Origin: Balanoglossus misakiensis
Taxonomy: Eukaryota; Animalia; Hemichordata
Length of the DNA: 64,000 nt
Direction: 5' to 3'
Assembly: GCA_040954595.2 (NCBI GenBank)
Contig: CM082588.2
Location: 4,156,156-4,220,155 of the forward strand
Part shown: one piece after another, positions 1 to 30,117 of the stretch
Numbering within the stretch: position 1 is the stretch's first letter
Layout: each line of letters opens with the position of its first letter
The notes under the pieces: generated by a model
Seen by the model: only the letters and a program-made list of their open reading frames with translations
Databases searched by the model: none
What the model was told of the DNA's origin: nothing
Translations under genes and position numbers: made by a program

Positions 1-1610
1 GTTTTCTGGCGTTGAGGAATGGGAGAGGGCCCAAGGTCAAGTTAAAGAACGATAAGATACGGTTTTTGAATCCCAGGTGGCGGGTGTCGGTCAAAGACCA
101 TTTATCCTACGGCGTTTTACAAATTATTAACATACATTTGTGTTGTCATTTTTGTTGGTTTGTTGATAGATGGGAGACTGATGGAACAGGTATGTGTCTC
201 TGTCCCTTTAAGTATTCACGGTGTCTTTTTTCACCATCACGGTTTGAGGCGGGACGCCACACACATGGTTATTCAAGATTCCGACGCTAATCCGGGATTG
301 ACGAAAAGACTACGACTCAAACAAGCACACAATAAACGTTATCTCTGCTACGTGCACCCAGTCGATGCGATTTTAGGTCAACCATGCACAATTTATCTGC
401 AGCAGAACACGCATACTTTACTGTTGTACTTCACCGAATAAATTTTTGATATCCTGCACATTACATTTTACAGCACCATAAAAGTCTGAGATAGTATATA
501 GGCGACACGAAAGTTACATGTATATCTAATATGCGACATAAAAACAAATCTACTATTCATGCAACTATGCCAACTGAAACAGAGACGTGGCCAAGAATGC
601 ACTGCATTGCTCATTTTGAGAACATTGGGTAGTTTTATATGAACATTAAACCAGCCATATCTCAAATCGCACACTTCCTGAAAAACACAAATATGAAATT
701 AACGAAGACCATATCTTTGGTGACCTTTGTTCGACCCCTTGACCACCAACAGTTATGACCAGAAGTAACGTCATCATCCTTTGATCGGACCAAGCACAGA
801 TTCGCACAAACTTTTGCGTCGGACAAAAAGTGTTTGTCAGCTGCTGACAGAGTCTCGGTCCGAACGTTGATCATTACCGAGGGATCACAAAGCACGGTAG
901 TCGTGTTTACATCATGATCATGTTGATGTATGTGCATGTCTTGGCAAAGAGTACGCAACTGTCAGATTGTGATATATAGCCTTTTAATAATGGGTGCAGA
1001 GAGGGGAGCATTGTGTACACACAGACACCTCAGAGGACTCAACTCCACTATGTTTGGCAAGGACTTTCAAGGTCGAGCACGGTCGGTAAACGCGACAATG
1101 TGAGATAGCATGAAATATCTGCAGAGGTTGCCGGGGTTTCGGACATCTGAAGTTGTTTACATTCGGTGAGCCTCGACTCAAAATACCAGTGTTGCAACAA
1201 GCCAGCTCTACAATTTTCGACTGAACGGTTGTGATGACGCATGGTTCATATATCAAAGCCAACTTCCTTCGCTTCGTTACCAGTATACATTGACAATCGA
1301 TATTTCCATTTTCCCAATTTTACTGTTATCTCTTTGGTTGGAAACTAAATAAAACACATCAAGCTGCTCGAACATTTCTTTTCGCAAATGAAGTAAAAAA
1401 AGTATGTACATATGTACAAGATAGATTGCAATAATATCTTTAGAGGAACTACAACCCCGCTTTAGCGAAGGCCAATTATCGTAAAAGCAGAAGCGAAGTT
1501 TGGGGTTCGTCACAACATGAGCACTGATCAAAGAATTGTAAGGTTTGACTGTACACATTACTTCTCGGTGGGACTATTAAAATGATTGTAATGACAAAAC
1601 ACCTACATAC

Positions 1611-1715
1611 CCTTCCTCTCTTGTTCACAAACGAATTCAACAATAACGTTTTCCCGCTGAACTGATCTCCAACAACGACAATCTTACAACGAGCGATGGG
1701 TAGCGACTTTGCCAT
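1611..1715 (-). CDS. First coding exon of an Rnd/RhoE-like atypical Rho GTPase; remaining exons not identified, probably beyond the left edge
   Basis: MAKSLPIARCKIVVVGDQFSGKTLLLNSFVNKRGR matches the Rnd-type 'CKIVVVGDxxxGKT' P-loop. A phase-0 GTATG donor follows at 1610. Confidence 0.75.
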
Positions 1716-4384
1716 TGTTTCAAATGTTCATCGTTCCGGGGGACAGGTCACCGGTCTCCGACTGCGGCCGAGCGGCGGTGGCACCCACTCGGTGGGCAGA
1801 AGTTCGCTGAGTCGGTGTGGGAAGTCCGAGTCGGTACAGTACAGTACGGTGAGGTGCGGACAGCAGTAACCTAAATTCTCCTACACAGCGCGTGACTTAC
1901 TTTGAGGTAGCGTTTCAGTCACCTGGACTGGGCGACTTGTACCAATAGCGACCAATACGTACGTTATGTCATTGAGGAAAACCGCACAGCCGTGTGATCC
2001 GTTACACACATGAGCAGTCAATACGTGTATGTTGCCTGTCGGTATCTCGGAGGTAGTCTAAATATAAATCAGCACCCTATATATAATCCACTACTGAACT
2101 AACAACTCGTTGCTACTATTATGAGCGCGTCTTACGTGCATCGTCCGGCGTCTGACGTTGGGGTCGCTACACTGAAAACGTCAATTGGTGAAACCCATAG
2201 CGAATACGAAGTATCTCATTTTTATACCAGTTGTGTGTGATATTTTTGTTTGCCTGTTTTCAAATCACGGCTCTTGTTTCCCTGGCGATAGGACAACCGA
2301 TCAGACTGATTTGCATACCAAGGCCATTCTGCGCTAAGATTAATCAGTCACGGTTCAGCGACCTCGTCTTCTTAGGATAATTTTTCACGGATTTTATCAT
2401 TTGATTGGAATTGTCACAAACAATAAATCGTGGCCGTCCACCAAGATTGAAAGCGACCGAATAATACAGACAAGCGACCGAGACCCACAATGCGAGTTAT
2501 TCTAGATATTAACTGCTCGCCACTAAATACCCGAACTCAAATAACCAGACTACGTGTAATGCGACATGGTTTCACGATAAGCCAGTATACACACTACACC
2601 ATGGGATTTGCAAAGCTTTGGGGAAAAGGCACAACAATATGATAGACATGCTATCAATTTCACTTCATTATTAATAGTACACGGAACGTGAATTGGATGC
2701 GTCCCCTGTGGCAGGAGAGACGTATTGATGGACGGTAAAATCGCAATCTGTCGGGGATTACACGCTCACTGGCCGGTCAGAGGCTAATTTCAAACTCGTA
2801 AATTTTAAACTATTTTGCATTTATCATCGAAGCGTGTACGCGCTGATTTGTTGAACGCGGACGCTGGCAACAACCAGTATCTTTTATTGCGTCTATCAAC
2901 GGTTTCATTCAACGTCCAAAGTTACTATATGTCTTGAAGGGCGTCCTTGGGATGTTTTGGAATACGTTCAAGTCCCCCTCTATAAAACATCTGTGGGTTA
3001 TCCTTGAGCATTGTGCTCTCAGATTGATTTACATTTTTAATCATGCGTCCGACGCTTCCTGTGTTACCGTGGGGGAATCTGAGCGTCCTGGCTATGACGT
3101 CACAAGCTGCGCATGGCGAGTTCGCAGGGAACAGCGCGGACGGTGATTTTCAGTGCTCCTGTGTCAATGATGCTATGAGAGATCGTCTCTCATCGTATAT
3201 CACTGGACATGCCACTAAACAAATAACCGTGTTTGCCAGAGATACAAAAAAACACGATTGTGATTACCGTGAAGGTTAGTTCACACTTGGGACACACGAC
3301 ATTATATTGTCCACGCTCTACAATTACTAGAAGAATGCCTGGCACACGTAAACACAAATTCATTCCGCAACTCATCTGATCTGTGATCTCTGCACCACTG
3401 TCTCGCGGTGAATATCAGACTGCACCAAATTGTAATGTCCGTCGCATAGCAACCGACACAGCTGTTACACGATGCGAACAAAACCACAGAGAGTATCACG
3501 CTAAATGGACATTTATTCCCAGCGAGCCAGTTTGTCTATATTCAAATTATTGGATTCTGTGTCATACCACGAGTACAGAGAAAAATCCAAGGGAATTATT
3601 GAAAGCCAATTTAAAGAGGACACAATTCTATTTCCACAATGACTACAGAGATGATATACAATACCGGATGATACACGAGCTCTGTATTAAATTTTGACAT
3701 GGACCTCACAAGTACAGACGTCACATACATTACAACCCAGCCCCAAACGTAAACGCAGGCAATTTCATGATACATTTGTGTGTCACTGAAATAATGGAAC
3801 ACACGAAAAGCGATCGGATGTAGGATCATTTGACCTGACAGACACAAAGAAATTACAGAACATAAACACTAAACGCCCTGTCCCAGAAACCTGTTATGTA
3901 AAGATTTCGCCAATAACGACAGTGATAATTTTGACACCTCGTAACTACATTGCCAACTCCATAAAAATTATTTCAATTTGAGACGACCTGCTCACGTTTT
4001 GATGTTATGTTTGACAGAAAAACTGTCTTGTGTTTATGTTCCTATAGGCAGAGTCGACGCACCAATTAATGGGTATTTTACAAAATATTCCACTTATTCA
4101 TGCAAAAACCCTTTGATCGACGTGAAATACCATTAATACTGCAGTGTAATCAATCGCTGGTGGTGTTATCTGCTCTGACAATCAGCTAACGTTATAAGCA
4201 GAATACAACTGCATCATATCTATGGCTGAAACCCAGTAAACTTTTAGAAACGGGGAATTCATTTTCCAAATATATCAACCAAGTGATTGCATGAGGGCAG
4301 ACCAAAATTCATGGCAGTATTCCTTCGAGTAATACACATGGGGTATTGACACGGTGTGAATCGGAAATTCATTTCGTGAGCTGT

Positions 4385-5917
4385 TTAATTGGAATCCTGT
4401 GTCGATGTGGGACTGTCCCGCGGACAATACAAGGAACACGGGACACAGAAGACGACCAGTCCGGCGATCAGAACCTGTTCGTCGCTTATAGACTGCACGG
4501 TGAGGGTGTGGTTTTGTCCACTCACGTACGGCATGTGGTTGTACCTCGGCAGACGGTACATCCCGGAGGACACCACGGGACTCATCGTGTCTCGGTCAGT
4601 GTCCAGATGCATCTGCGCTTTCCCGCAGGTGGGGCACGTCAGCGTCACCAGGGTGACGTTGCACTCCAGGTCTCGCCTGGTTGGCAGCACCGGCGCGGCA
4701 AATACGATAGTCTTCCCCGGCGATTTCGTCATCCACGTGGATTTCACGTCGTTCCGCTGGCTGCTCTCCTTGGGCACTTGGAAGGTCCAGCCGTCGTTGT
4801 AGACAGGTGTGAGGCCGCCCTCTGACGGCTTGCTGAGCGGTCTCTGGGAAGACCAACAGCGCGTTTCCCAGTAATCTCCGGCTTTCGCCCAGAGTGGGTC
4901 GGGTTGCGGCCCTTGGTTCAATTTCCTGAGAGCATCGATATCGACTCGCTCGTGTTCGTTGAGATACCGTGCAACTTTGACAACCGAGGTGGCAGCGAGC
5001 TGGAGAAGAAAGATTGCCATGATCTCGTGCCCTTTGATGCTTGGGTGGTTATAGTCATCGCTGGGACAGAAAAAAAGCTTAGCAACAGACGTCATCTTTT
5101 CATGTTTCACGAGTTCTAGGAAACTGAGCGAGGGAACCTCGTAGTGTCGACTGAGCGGTGTTATTTCATCCGCCTCGGCGTTGCCGCGTCCTTCCTCCAA
5201 CCACTTTCCCAGAATATAATTGACGTACACCAATTGGGGGCGCTGTGGTAGCGACAGCAGTTTTCTCAGCAGTCGCTCTTGCCACATGGCGACAGGTCCT
5301 TGGTCGTTGATGGCGAACTCCATCAGGATCAAGTCCATGTTGGCCATGTCTAAGTGGGTGTGTGCGCAGTAGGAGTAATACTGCCCGTCGCATCCCCCGA
5401 TAGCCCCGTTGTGAAGCTCAACAGGTATCCCTAGTTGCTCCGACATCATTTGAGCAAACACGTTAACGTATATGGCCTTTGTGTTCTGAATACAGGCCCC
5501 GGCTGAAACAGATGCACCCAGAACTCCGATTTTAAACGTTCTCTTATTCACAAGGGCGTCGACAAGAGCCACCTCTAGCCTCGTATGAGAGCCCGTGTTC
5601 ACGAAGACAGACCGCAAGACGCTTTGGTCGATTCCTACATTTGTCAGTTTACTGTTCACCTTCTCCATCAGCAGACTAAGCCGCGCAACCATTTGTATCA
5701 TAGGGTTCGACGTCCCGTTCTGCGTCACGGCGCTCATCAGGGGCAAGCTGTCATCCATGTCAAACGGTGTGAACGCCGCCTCTCGCGACGACTGCTGAGA
5801 GTATTCAATCATATTCTCGATGATAATTAGAGTAATGAAGGTGACGGTGACGCAAGCAAACACACACCGAGGTCGTACGCTTCTACTTACAGTGTACATA
5901 GTGTCTACGATGAGCAT
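4385..5917 (-). CDS. Single-exon SGNH/GDSL-hydrolase-fold type II membrane protein (510 aa)
   Basis: Long uninterrupted ORF with an N-terminal hydrophobic anchor (VFACVTVTFITLIII). SGNH blocks: GVLGASVSAG, NGAIGG, LILMEFAIND, DYNHPS (DxxH). Confidence 0.8.
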   Translation of the reverse strand: MLIVDTMYTVSRSVRPRCVFACVTVTFITLIIIENMIEYSQQSSREAAFTPFDMDDSLPLMSAVTQNGTSNPMIQMVARLSLLMEKVNSKLTNVGIDQSVLRSVFVNTGSHTRLEVALVDALVNKRTFKIGVLGASVSAGACIQNTKAIYVNVFAQMMSEQLGIPVELHNGAIGGCDGQYYSYCAHTHLDMANMDLILMEFAINDQGPVAMWQERLLRKLLSLPQRPQLVYVNYILGKWLEEGRGNAEADEITPLSRHYEVPSLSFLELVKHEKMTSVAKLFFCPSDDYNHPSIKGHEIMAIFLLQLAATSVVKVARYLNEHERVDIDALRKLNQGPQPDPLWAKAGDYWETRCWSSQRPLSKPSEGGLTPVYNDGWTFQVPKESSQRNDVKSTWMTKSPGKTIVFAAPVLPTRRDLECNVTLVTLTCPTCGKAQMHLDTDRDTMSPVVSSGMYRLPRYNHMPYVSGQNHTLTVQSISDEQVLIAGLVVFCVPCSLYCPRDSPTSTQDSN

Positions 5918-7281
5918 ATCTGGATATTTTAGTACAAGGCTTACACTGACGACGGTAGTCGAGGTTTCAGTCGGACAACGTACAGTGTCGCTGACAGCGG
6001 AATCCCTCTTCTGTTGACTGTGATGTAATCCAACTTTACTGGTAATGGCAGTTACTTAAGAACGTTGTCATCGCCATGATTTCAAGTGGAAAATTTCTCT
6101 GCCCAAATCAATGACGGAGCCCGAAAATAGCAACAAATGTCGCTGAACGCACTGTCGACTAGGTGGTACGGATAACGAGTATGTCGACGCCAGCTGTTAC
6201 ACGCTCCACAAGCCGTGAGAGGATAATACTCCCAACAGTCGATCAGCAACAAATAAATCGAAACACTTTGCACAACAAAGAATCGGGGGAGGTTATTATT
6301 GTGCAGAGGGGAGGGTTTACTTAGTTTTAAATGATTTCTCGCGAAATACATGTATATATGTACCGACAAAGCCATAGTCCTTCGTGACTGGATCCGAGAG
6401 ACTCGTTTTGCCGGATTAGGCCTATACGTCCCTCGTGTGGTGGCATTTACGTGTTTTAGTTGGAATTATTAAAACTTGGCATTTCACTCAATGGTTGTAA
6501 TATTACTGCATGTATTAATGAAATCGTACAGTTGCTATTGCATGGGAGTAATATCAAATCTCAGTTCTTCTATCCTTACTCGTGGGAGACTGTGATTCCC
6601 TCGCGAAAAACCAAACGCTGGCGTAGCCCCTTTCTGGCGCGTCATAAGCTTAATCCTCGGATGAAAAAATAATGTACTCAAATATTTAATAAAACCGCGA
6701 ACTTTCATGGCATTGGTCATAGCGCCATCAACGCCATATTGATAGATTTAAGTTTCTTGATTCGCGCTTGTGTGTGTACTACGAATGCATGTAAAATACT
6801 GTGCCCTACCTTGTCAGGTGTGCGTTCGGTTAACCTCCTCCAGGCTGCCACATCTCAAGTTGTCCAAGACTGCGCAGATTCATTCCAAATAACGTCACAG
6901 CCACGGCCTCAAGGAAGATTTTCTATACCATACCCGGGCCCAACCTCCGTTTGTGCTGGAGGGGCGCTACACTTCCGCCCACCGTTTTCCAAGATGGCCG
7001 CTGAAGGAAAAAAAACGACAGACTCTGATTGGCTAAAACTATTCATGACCTCAATCATGACCCAACAGAGAGACACCAACGGCAATATACTGTATAACTG
7101 CCGACATACACATATACATGTAGTATTACACACAAACTAGGACATACTGGTAGTCATTTTTGCCATCAACTCAACCATCATAGATTAAATATTGTCAACA
7201 TGAATAAACAAATATTGATAACATGGTCATCCCTTTCGAGTCAAATGAATTTAGGCAGCATGTGACAACAGCAACAATTCT

Positions 7282-7411
<130 letters not shown>

Positions 7412-8674
7412 AATGGAGTGCTCTCACTGATCAGCTGCAGAGTTTGTTGGAGAACAACGGTGTGACAGGGGAGCTTAGTTGTGATGATCTCAGGTGAGTT
7501 CCACGCTGTCACGACCACCGGACGACCACACGAACCAAACTCCGCTCTGTCATCGAACCCATCGAAAAAGCAAATTCGAAAATCACGCCATTTCACCAGG
7601 CTTTCAGTTGGCGATCATAACAAGTGACGTCACTGCAGTGACGGAGCACAACGCGTCGCGCACTCATCCACTCAGGATCGGCGTTCGAGTGACGTCACCT
7701 CGCTGTTATTAAACACTGCGCGCAACACCAGATTTATTCACTTCGCAACCACGTGTACGCCGTTGTTTCAGATCAAGATTCGTGTTTATATCCGCTGGTA
7801 GACTGAAGTCGCTCCAGCCGAGACAGGTTTGCTTTTTTACGAGCGAAAACAGGTAAGCGCATTTTGTCATCATTTTTCGATTCAGTAGCTGAAGTGAAGG
7901 AGCAGCCATGAAAAACGTGTATTTCACTGAAATGTCTTACGAAAGCGAGCATCAGTGAGTTGCCTTGGAGATGTATCGCGTTGAATGCACGCCGTCGCTT
8001 GCACTGTAACAAAGGCTGTGGCTGGCCCCTGCATCGTGCTAGTACATGCAGTATCAAAGATGAAAGGTGTGTACATGTACATTACAGGCAATCCTAGTTT
8101 GACATGCACATTTCAATGTTTAATAGTTCAGAATCAGATGCGTATATGTGGATGAAGTGTTTTGTTTACAAACAGAAAATCGCACCGGCGCAGTTTCCAT
8201 GATGGTGTCCAAACGTGAACCTTTTCCCCGTTAATAACAGAAAGCCAGCAGGTTATGAATGAACTAGATTGTAGAACATAGGAATGAAATGCACATCTTA
8301 TCTTGTCGTGCTTGTAACAGATGGTATAAACAGAACAAGAATTGTTGAATAGCAAAGCTGACTTCGCGTGCTGTACATAAAGCATCATTCCAGGAACAGC
8401 GGTTATATGACTCAATAGACACGAATTTGACCTATTCTTACAGACAGCATGTATTAAACCCCACATAATCTCTCGCTGTAAACCAACATATAGTGTTTCT
8501 ACACGTTATTACTTGGCATACAATTTCATTATGTAATAGTCAGCGGGGTCAGGAACCTGTGAATAAGCGTGAATACACGCAGATACAAGGTGGAGTGGTT
8601 TAAGTATCACGTGATGGTATTGACGCAACACTTTGCTGTTTAGCACCCTTCACATCCGAGTTAGAACTGTTGCA

Positions 8675-8675
<1 letters not shown>

Positions 8676-8714
<39 letters not shown>

Positions 8715-8715
8715 G

Positions 8716-8763
<48 letters not shown>

Positions 8764-8792
8764 CCATCATCATCATCACAATCACCGCCATC
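8676..8792. repeat. (CAT)n microsatellite
   Basis: Near-perfect CAT run that degenerates to CAC at the right end. Confidence 0.98.
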
Positions 8793-11700
8793 ACAACCAC
8801 ACTCTCCAAAATATGAACATCCGTTCATACTAGGATTTAGACCATAAAGGCGCATGTAGCCTGTTAGCTGGTTTTAAAAATACGAAGGCGTTTGCTTCAT
8901 AATGTTTCGAGATATAAGAAATGATATCTGAGAGATATATTTAACGTATTGTATCTTTACCATGGTTACGACGGCGCGCTTCTACATTCAGGTCCTTGCA
9001 TACCATAGAAAAGCCCGGAGGTTTCTTACATTCAGCGAGCAATAACGATCTTCAGTAACTTTGCAGGCGAGGCGATAGGCACCGCCCTCATATTCTACAG
9101 GAAGAAACGAACGAACGTATTAAAACCTTTTCAATGAATACACATTTTGGAAGGTCTATCATTTTTTTCTGAAAATCTGTTCCCGAGACTACCAATTCGT
9201 TTAAAGAAGATCACGCGCGGATCTGATCACGATTTCTACATTTGTGATAACAAATTGATTGGAACATCCCACGCGATCATCTCAGTAGGTTTTCACCGCA
9301 TTGATTTGTCGGATAACAAGTTTACGAATCGCCCGCGTCGAAACACGACTAAGTAACTATTTATTATACACTCTCAAGAGGAAGTGTGTAGGGCTGAGAG
9401 CGGCTAGGCCGTGTCCACAGATCTATTTCTAAAGGTAAGCCGATCTACGTGAGTCTGTTTGATAGTGGTAGTTATCTTATCGTTTCTGTGTATCTTCGGC
9501 GCACAAAGTAGGACTGTCCTTGCGCGAGGCGAGGCCTGCTATTACAAAGCTTCTAAGGCATGTCAGCGATAAAGTATACGATAGCCGAAGTGTTCCTTCT
9601 TTTCGTCTACAGATTACTGTGCTGGGCGGACCGATGACCCTGGCTTCATATATTTCACGAACTGCTGACGGAATATCGTGATTTACATCGGTGGGGAAGA
9701 CATTACCGGATTGTAAACAAAGTAATAGCAGACTAGTTTCTTAGCAGGGCTAAGGTTGCATGCAAAGGCGAGGATATAGCAGTAATCATGCAGTAACCTT
9801 CTCCATCATCAGCGCATGTCTATGTGACGTCATTCCTGAATTAGCGCACATTGCTATGGTTACGACTCGCTGGTTTTGATTTGAGGACTGGCGCGACAAA
9901 TTTGTTAAATATTACCCGTTCATTGCTGATATGTACGCGAATAATACGTCGAATATATCAACCGCTGTGTCAATTTAGCTTAAACTTCCTCACAACCATG
10001 AAAATAAAATAAAAACGACCCGCCAATAAACGTGCACCTTTAAACGTGCGCTCACGACACGTGAATTTGAAAGACGTGCACCAGAAGCTTTTTCCGATTT
10101 CCCGCAATCACCTGATCTCGCGTGTCGACATTTCCAGAACACGATTCAAACTTCGCCGTTGAATAATGTCAATACGGGGGAGGCAATGGTCGCTACTAAC
10201 TCGACCTAACAAGAGAGGGAGAGAAGAGCAAAGGGTGTGGCATTTCCAAATAAACCGACGCCACATGACATTTACCGGCGATTTATTATTGGGTTGTAAT
10301 TGCAGCACTTGAAGCGAAGCACGTTGTCCTCTCTTTCGACGATTCACCCGTCGACACAGAAAGCATGACCGGAGACTGAAATGTGATTAAGTCTAAATTC
10401 ACTCAAATTGAAAATTAATTGGTTTAATATTAAATATAAATACCATAGTAGCTTTTGCAGATATCTGGGGTACATTTATCTATGCGACTGAATATCAAAT
10501 ATTGCAGTTCAACACGGGGAAATAAATGGCAAATAAGGATGAGCATTTTTCTCGTCATATTGACATAAAATTGCAACGTGTGAACTTCTCCTTTGAATTG
10601 AAGTCCACATTCGAATCAGAGACATACAAAAAATATTCAGGTAGAAAATCTAACAGGGACGTGCATTTTTAGGAGGATGCAAGTTTTGCAAAACTGCCAT
10701 CGGTTTATCGGTTATTGCATCTAGCCCGCCATTAACAACGCCGTAATGGGACATTTCATTCTGTCCGTAAGCCTCGCTAATGCTTTCCTTGGTTGCAACA
10801 ATCCTTAACTTGAAGAAGGGAGCTCACCGAGAAAATGAAACTTGCTGTTTTCCAGATATTTTTCATCTTGCCCAAATGATAAACAGTGGAAATTTAAACA
10901 GTTGCGGGGACATTATAATATGGCTACTTCAATGAAGGACAATTGTGGTTTTTTTTTCAAATTGGCGTGAATATTAGTTGTTAACACGACCATGTACTTT
11001 TGCATCAGTTTCTTGCGATGGATATTTTCTGCACATGGCATTTAGGCTGTGTGGAGGTCGGTCTTGGGATACACGTGAGATTATCCGTCCTCAACGACAC
11101 CCGTGCATGATGTCAATGAAAGTGTGAGATGTTAACATTGCTGCAGGACATGACACTTGCGGCTTTGCATCATCCGCTGATCCTTGCAATCAGCTTAGTT
11201 GACTGCCTCAAAGGGTACGCCCCCACGTAGCCTATGCCAACGACAGAGATGCACTCTCCCCCTCCCCTCGCTCTCTCTCCCTCTACAGTGCCATAATGAG
11301 AGAATTATGGATGACGCCGCATGAACCATAAAGACATGCGCCGATTGGCCGGACAGCCAACGTGCTGGAACAATCCATTATACGTGGGGTTAGAAACCAT
11401 TTTTGCGAAGTGTCAGGCCTGAAGGGATGGTCGATAGTTTATAAACAACACGGACCTGAGTCACGCCTCAAAAATTTAACAGGCATACATTCGATCCGAT
11501 GGCCTATCACTGATAACAACTTCAATAGAAGGTCGTGTCCTACTAAAGCGCAGACGAAACTATTTCTCGGAGCGAAGTTGAACTTTGATGTCAAGAAACT
11601 GGGTGTCAAACACGGGACGTGAGTGACTGAACCCCCCCCCCCCCTTTGGAGAAGTGCGGACGACCCTTGCCGTGCCCTCCGTTTGTGTACATTCGCCAAT

Positions 11701-11944
11701 AATAACCGAGCAAAGTTCAGGGGTGACCCTCATCAATTTCGCCTGTGGCCGCGCACGTCTATCAACCATTAACACACGACGACGACTGCCCTGCCCCTGC
11801 CTATCGCCACAGTCTATAGTGTAACGTTTACGCCTTCGTTGTTTTCCTCACGTAGGGTAGTGGACGCGGTCTACTGGGCAAAGACGGACGTCACAAGCGA
11901 ACAGAACCCTCTCCGAAGAGCAGAAGACAACATTCTCAGAAACT

Positions 11945-28385
<16,441 letters not shown>

Positions 28386-29637
28386 GCGAAGATAAACGAA
28401 GATCCCCGAATGAATTCCGAGTCAAAGAAAAAAAGAAATGGTGCAATAGAATCCGAGGAGTACTAAAACAAGGAGTTTTATTTTTACATTTATATCAAAT
28501 TAATATGTATTGATGGAGAAAGTCATATTTTGAAAAATATTCTTCAAAACGAATAATTAATAATTTTGATCGTTTTATACATACAGCTGATCTTGACAAT
28601 TTTTGATGAGAAAATATGAAAATGGTGTATATTCTTATTTTTGGACAATGAATCTCAATCAAATTCTCAAAATTATTTACATAAGAAAACAGAAAACGGA
28701 GGAATGAAATCACTCATAATAATAATAAGATTAATCAGAATCTAAGTCGGTTAGTTTTAGTCACCTTTTAGCGCACAACTTATGAAACACACTAAACGGG
28801 TAGATCTATTCCAACGTCGCTTTATTTAAAGCACTACAGTAAAGTTATTTGTATCAGCTTTTGTACAATTTCACCGAAGCTTTGCTAAACTCACCAAGAG
28901 ATTTATGCATGCTTGCTTCTATAATTGTTTACAGAATGCACGAGAAATATGTATTGATGAATTTGTGTTTGTAAATAACACACTGGGTGTACCCCCAAAA
29001 TATCAGCGAAAAAGTATGATAGTTGCAAAGCTAGAAGTTTGGAAATCATGAACATGCTCAGTGGAAAGCACACTGAGAAATATGATAATCTGAACGTTCA
29101 GATTTGACCAATAGGCAAACCCTGGACAGATCATGACAGGGTCACGTGCTAGCACCGACACACACTGCTTGAAATTGAAGCGAGAGTAGAATAAGACGAT
29201 ATTTTGAGGGAAACGTTATGCAAACAAAACAGCTACTGTTTTTTTTAATCAGTGACATTTTGACAATGTATATCCCAATGCTATAGTATGTATGTTTAGA
29301 CAGGTTTTTGTATTGCGTGCGAATAAAACATAGTTTATATCAGGACTGTTTTGAATATTATTGGGCCAATTATTGCACTGACAATGTAAATAAAACTTGG
29401 ACATATATATACATGTACGCAGGGAAGCGACAGCAGAATGCCCCTGGGCATAATGCTCCCCGAGTTTGCTCGCGCTACATTCGATACTTACATACAATAG
29501 AATAGAAACACTGAACCTTATAGACGAAGTATAAGTTTATTGGTCTAAATGCTGAACTAGCATTACATTTTTTCCTTTAACACGTGTATAAATTGGTTAC
29601 GCTAATATCATTTGAAATTTGCTGATGGTGGCATTAA

Positions 29638-30117
29638 TTAACACTTGGAGCAGTACGCCGAACAATCTGCGTCGACAGACCGCGGGTCTTCGTCACAGCC
29701 CTTCAGGCAGCCCTCAACGTCGTAGCCGTCACCCTTGGTTTCGAAGCAGGCTTTGCACTGGTCGTGGCACTCCGATGTAATACCGAAGGCGCACTTCTCG
29801 CAGTTGTTGGTGCACTCCTTGTCCGTGATGCCCTTCTCGCAGTCGGCGAAGCAGGCGTCGATGTCGTACCCTTCGGTGGAGTCGGAGCAGAGTTTGCACT
29901 GGCTGGTGCACTCTTCGTTCAGCACCTGCAGCCCGCACTTGGCGCAGTTGGCGTTGCAGTCCCTGTCGACATTATTCGGGTCCGTGGTGCAGTCCTTCAG
30001 GCAACCTTCGAGATCGTAATTGTTACCGTGGGTCTCCTGACAATCCTTGCACACTTCTTCGCAGGTCTGGGCGTAGCATGCTACTGCCAAACAGAGGATG
30101 ATGGCGACAGTTTTCAT
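29638..30117 (-). CDS. Secreted cysteine-rich protein (159 aa): signal peptide + three tandem 8-Cys domains with eclosion-hormone-like spacing
   Basis: Signal peptide MKTVAIILCLAVACYA, then 3x C-x3-C-x2-C-x11/12-C-x3-C-x8/10-C-x3-C-x2-C. Splice acceptor at 30128-30129, upstream donor at 30320-30321, AATAAA near 29536. Confidence 0.88.
   Translation of the reverse strand: MKTVAIILCLAVACYAQTCEEVCKDCQETHGNNYDLEGCLKDCTTDPNNVDRDCNANCAKCGLQVLNEECTSQCKLCSDSTEGYDIDACFADCEKGITDKECTNNCEKCAFGITSECHDQCKACFETKGDGYDVEGCLKGCDEDPRSVDADCSAYCSKC

Noticed and set aside
984-1262. Possible second exon of the Rnd-like gene ('LPTVLD')
   Set aside because: The frame stops shortly after, with no convincing switch-I/WDT motif or matching splice phase.
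8600-8855. Poly-M/H/D ORFs (also 7195-7596, 21115-21606, 27607-27959)
   Set aside because: These are translations of microsatellites, not genes.
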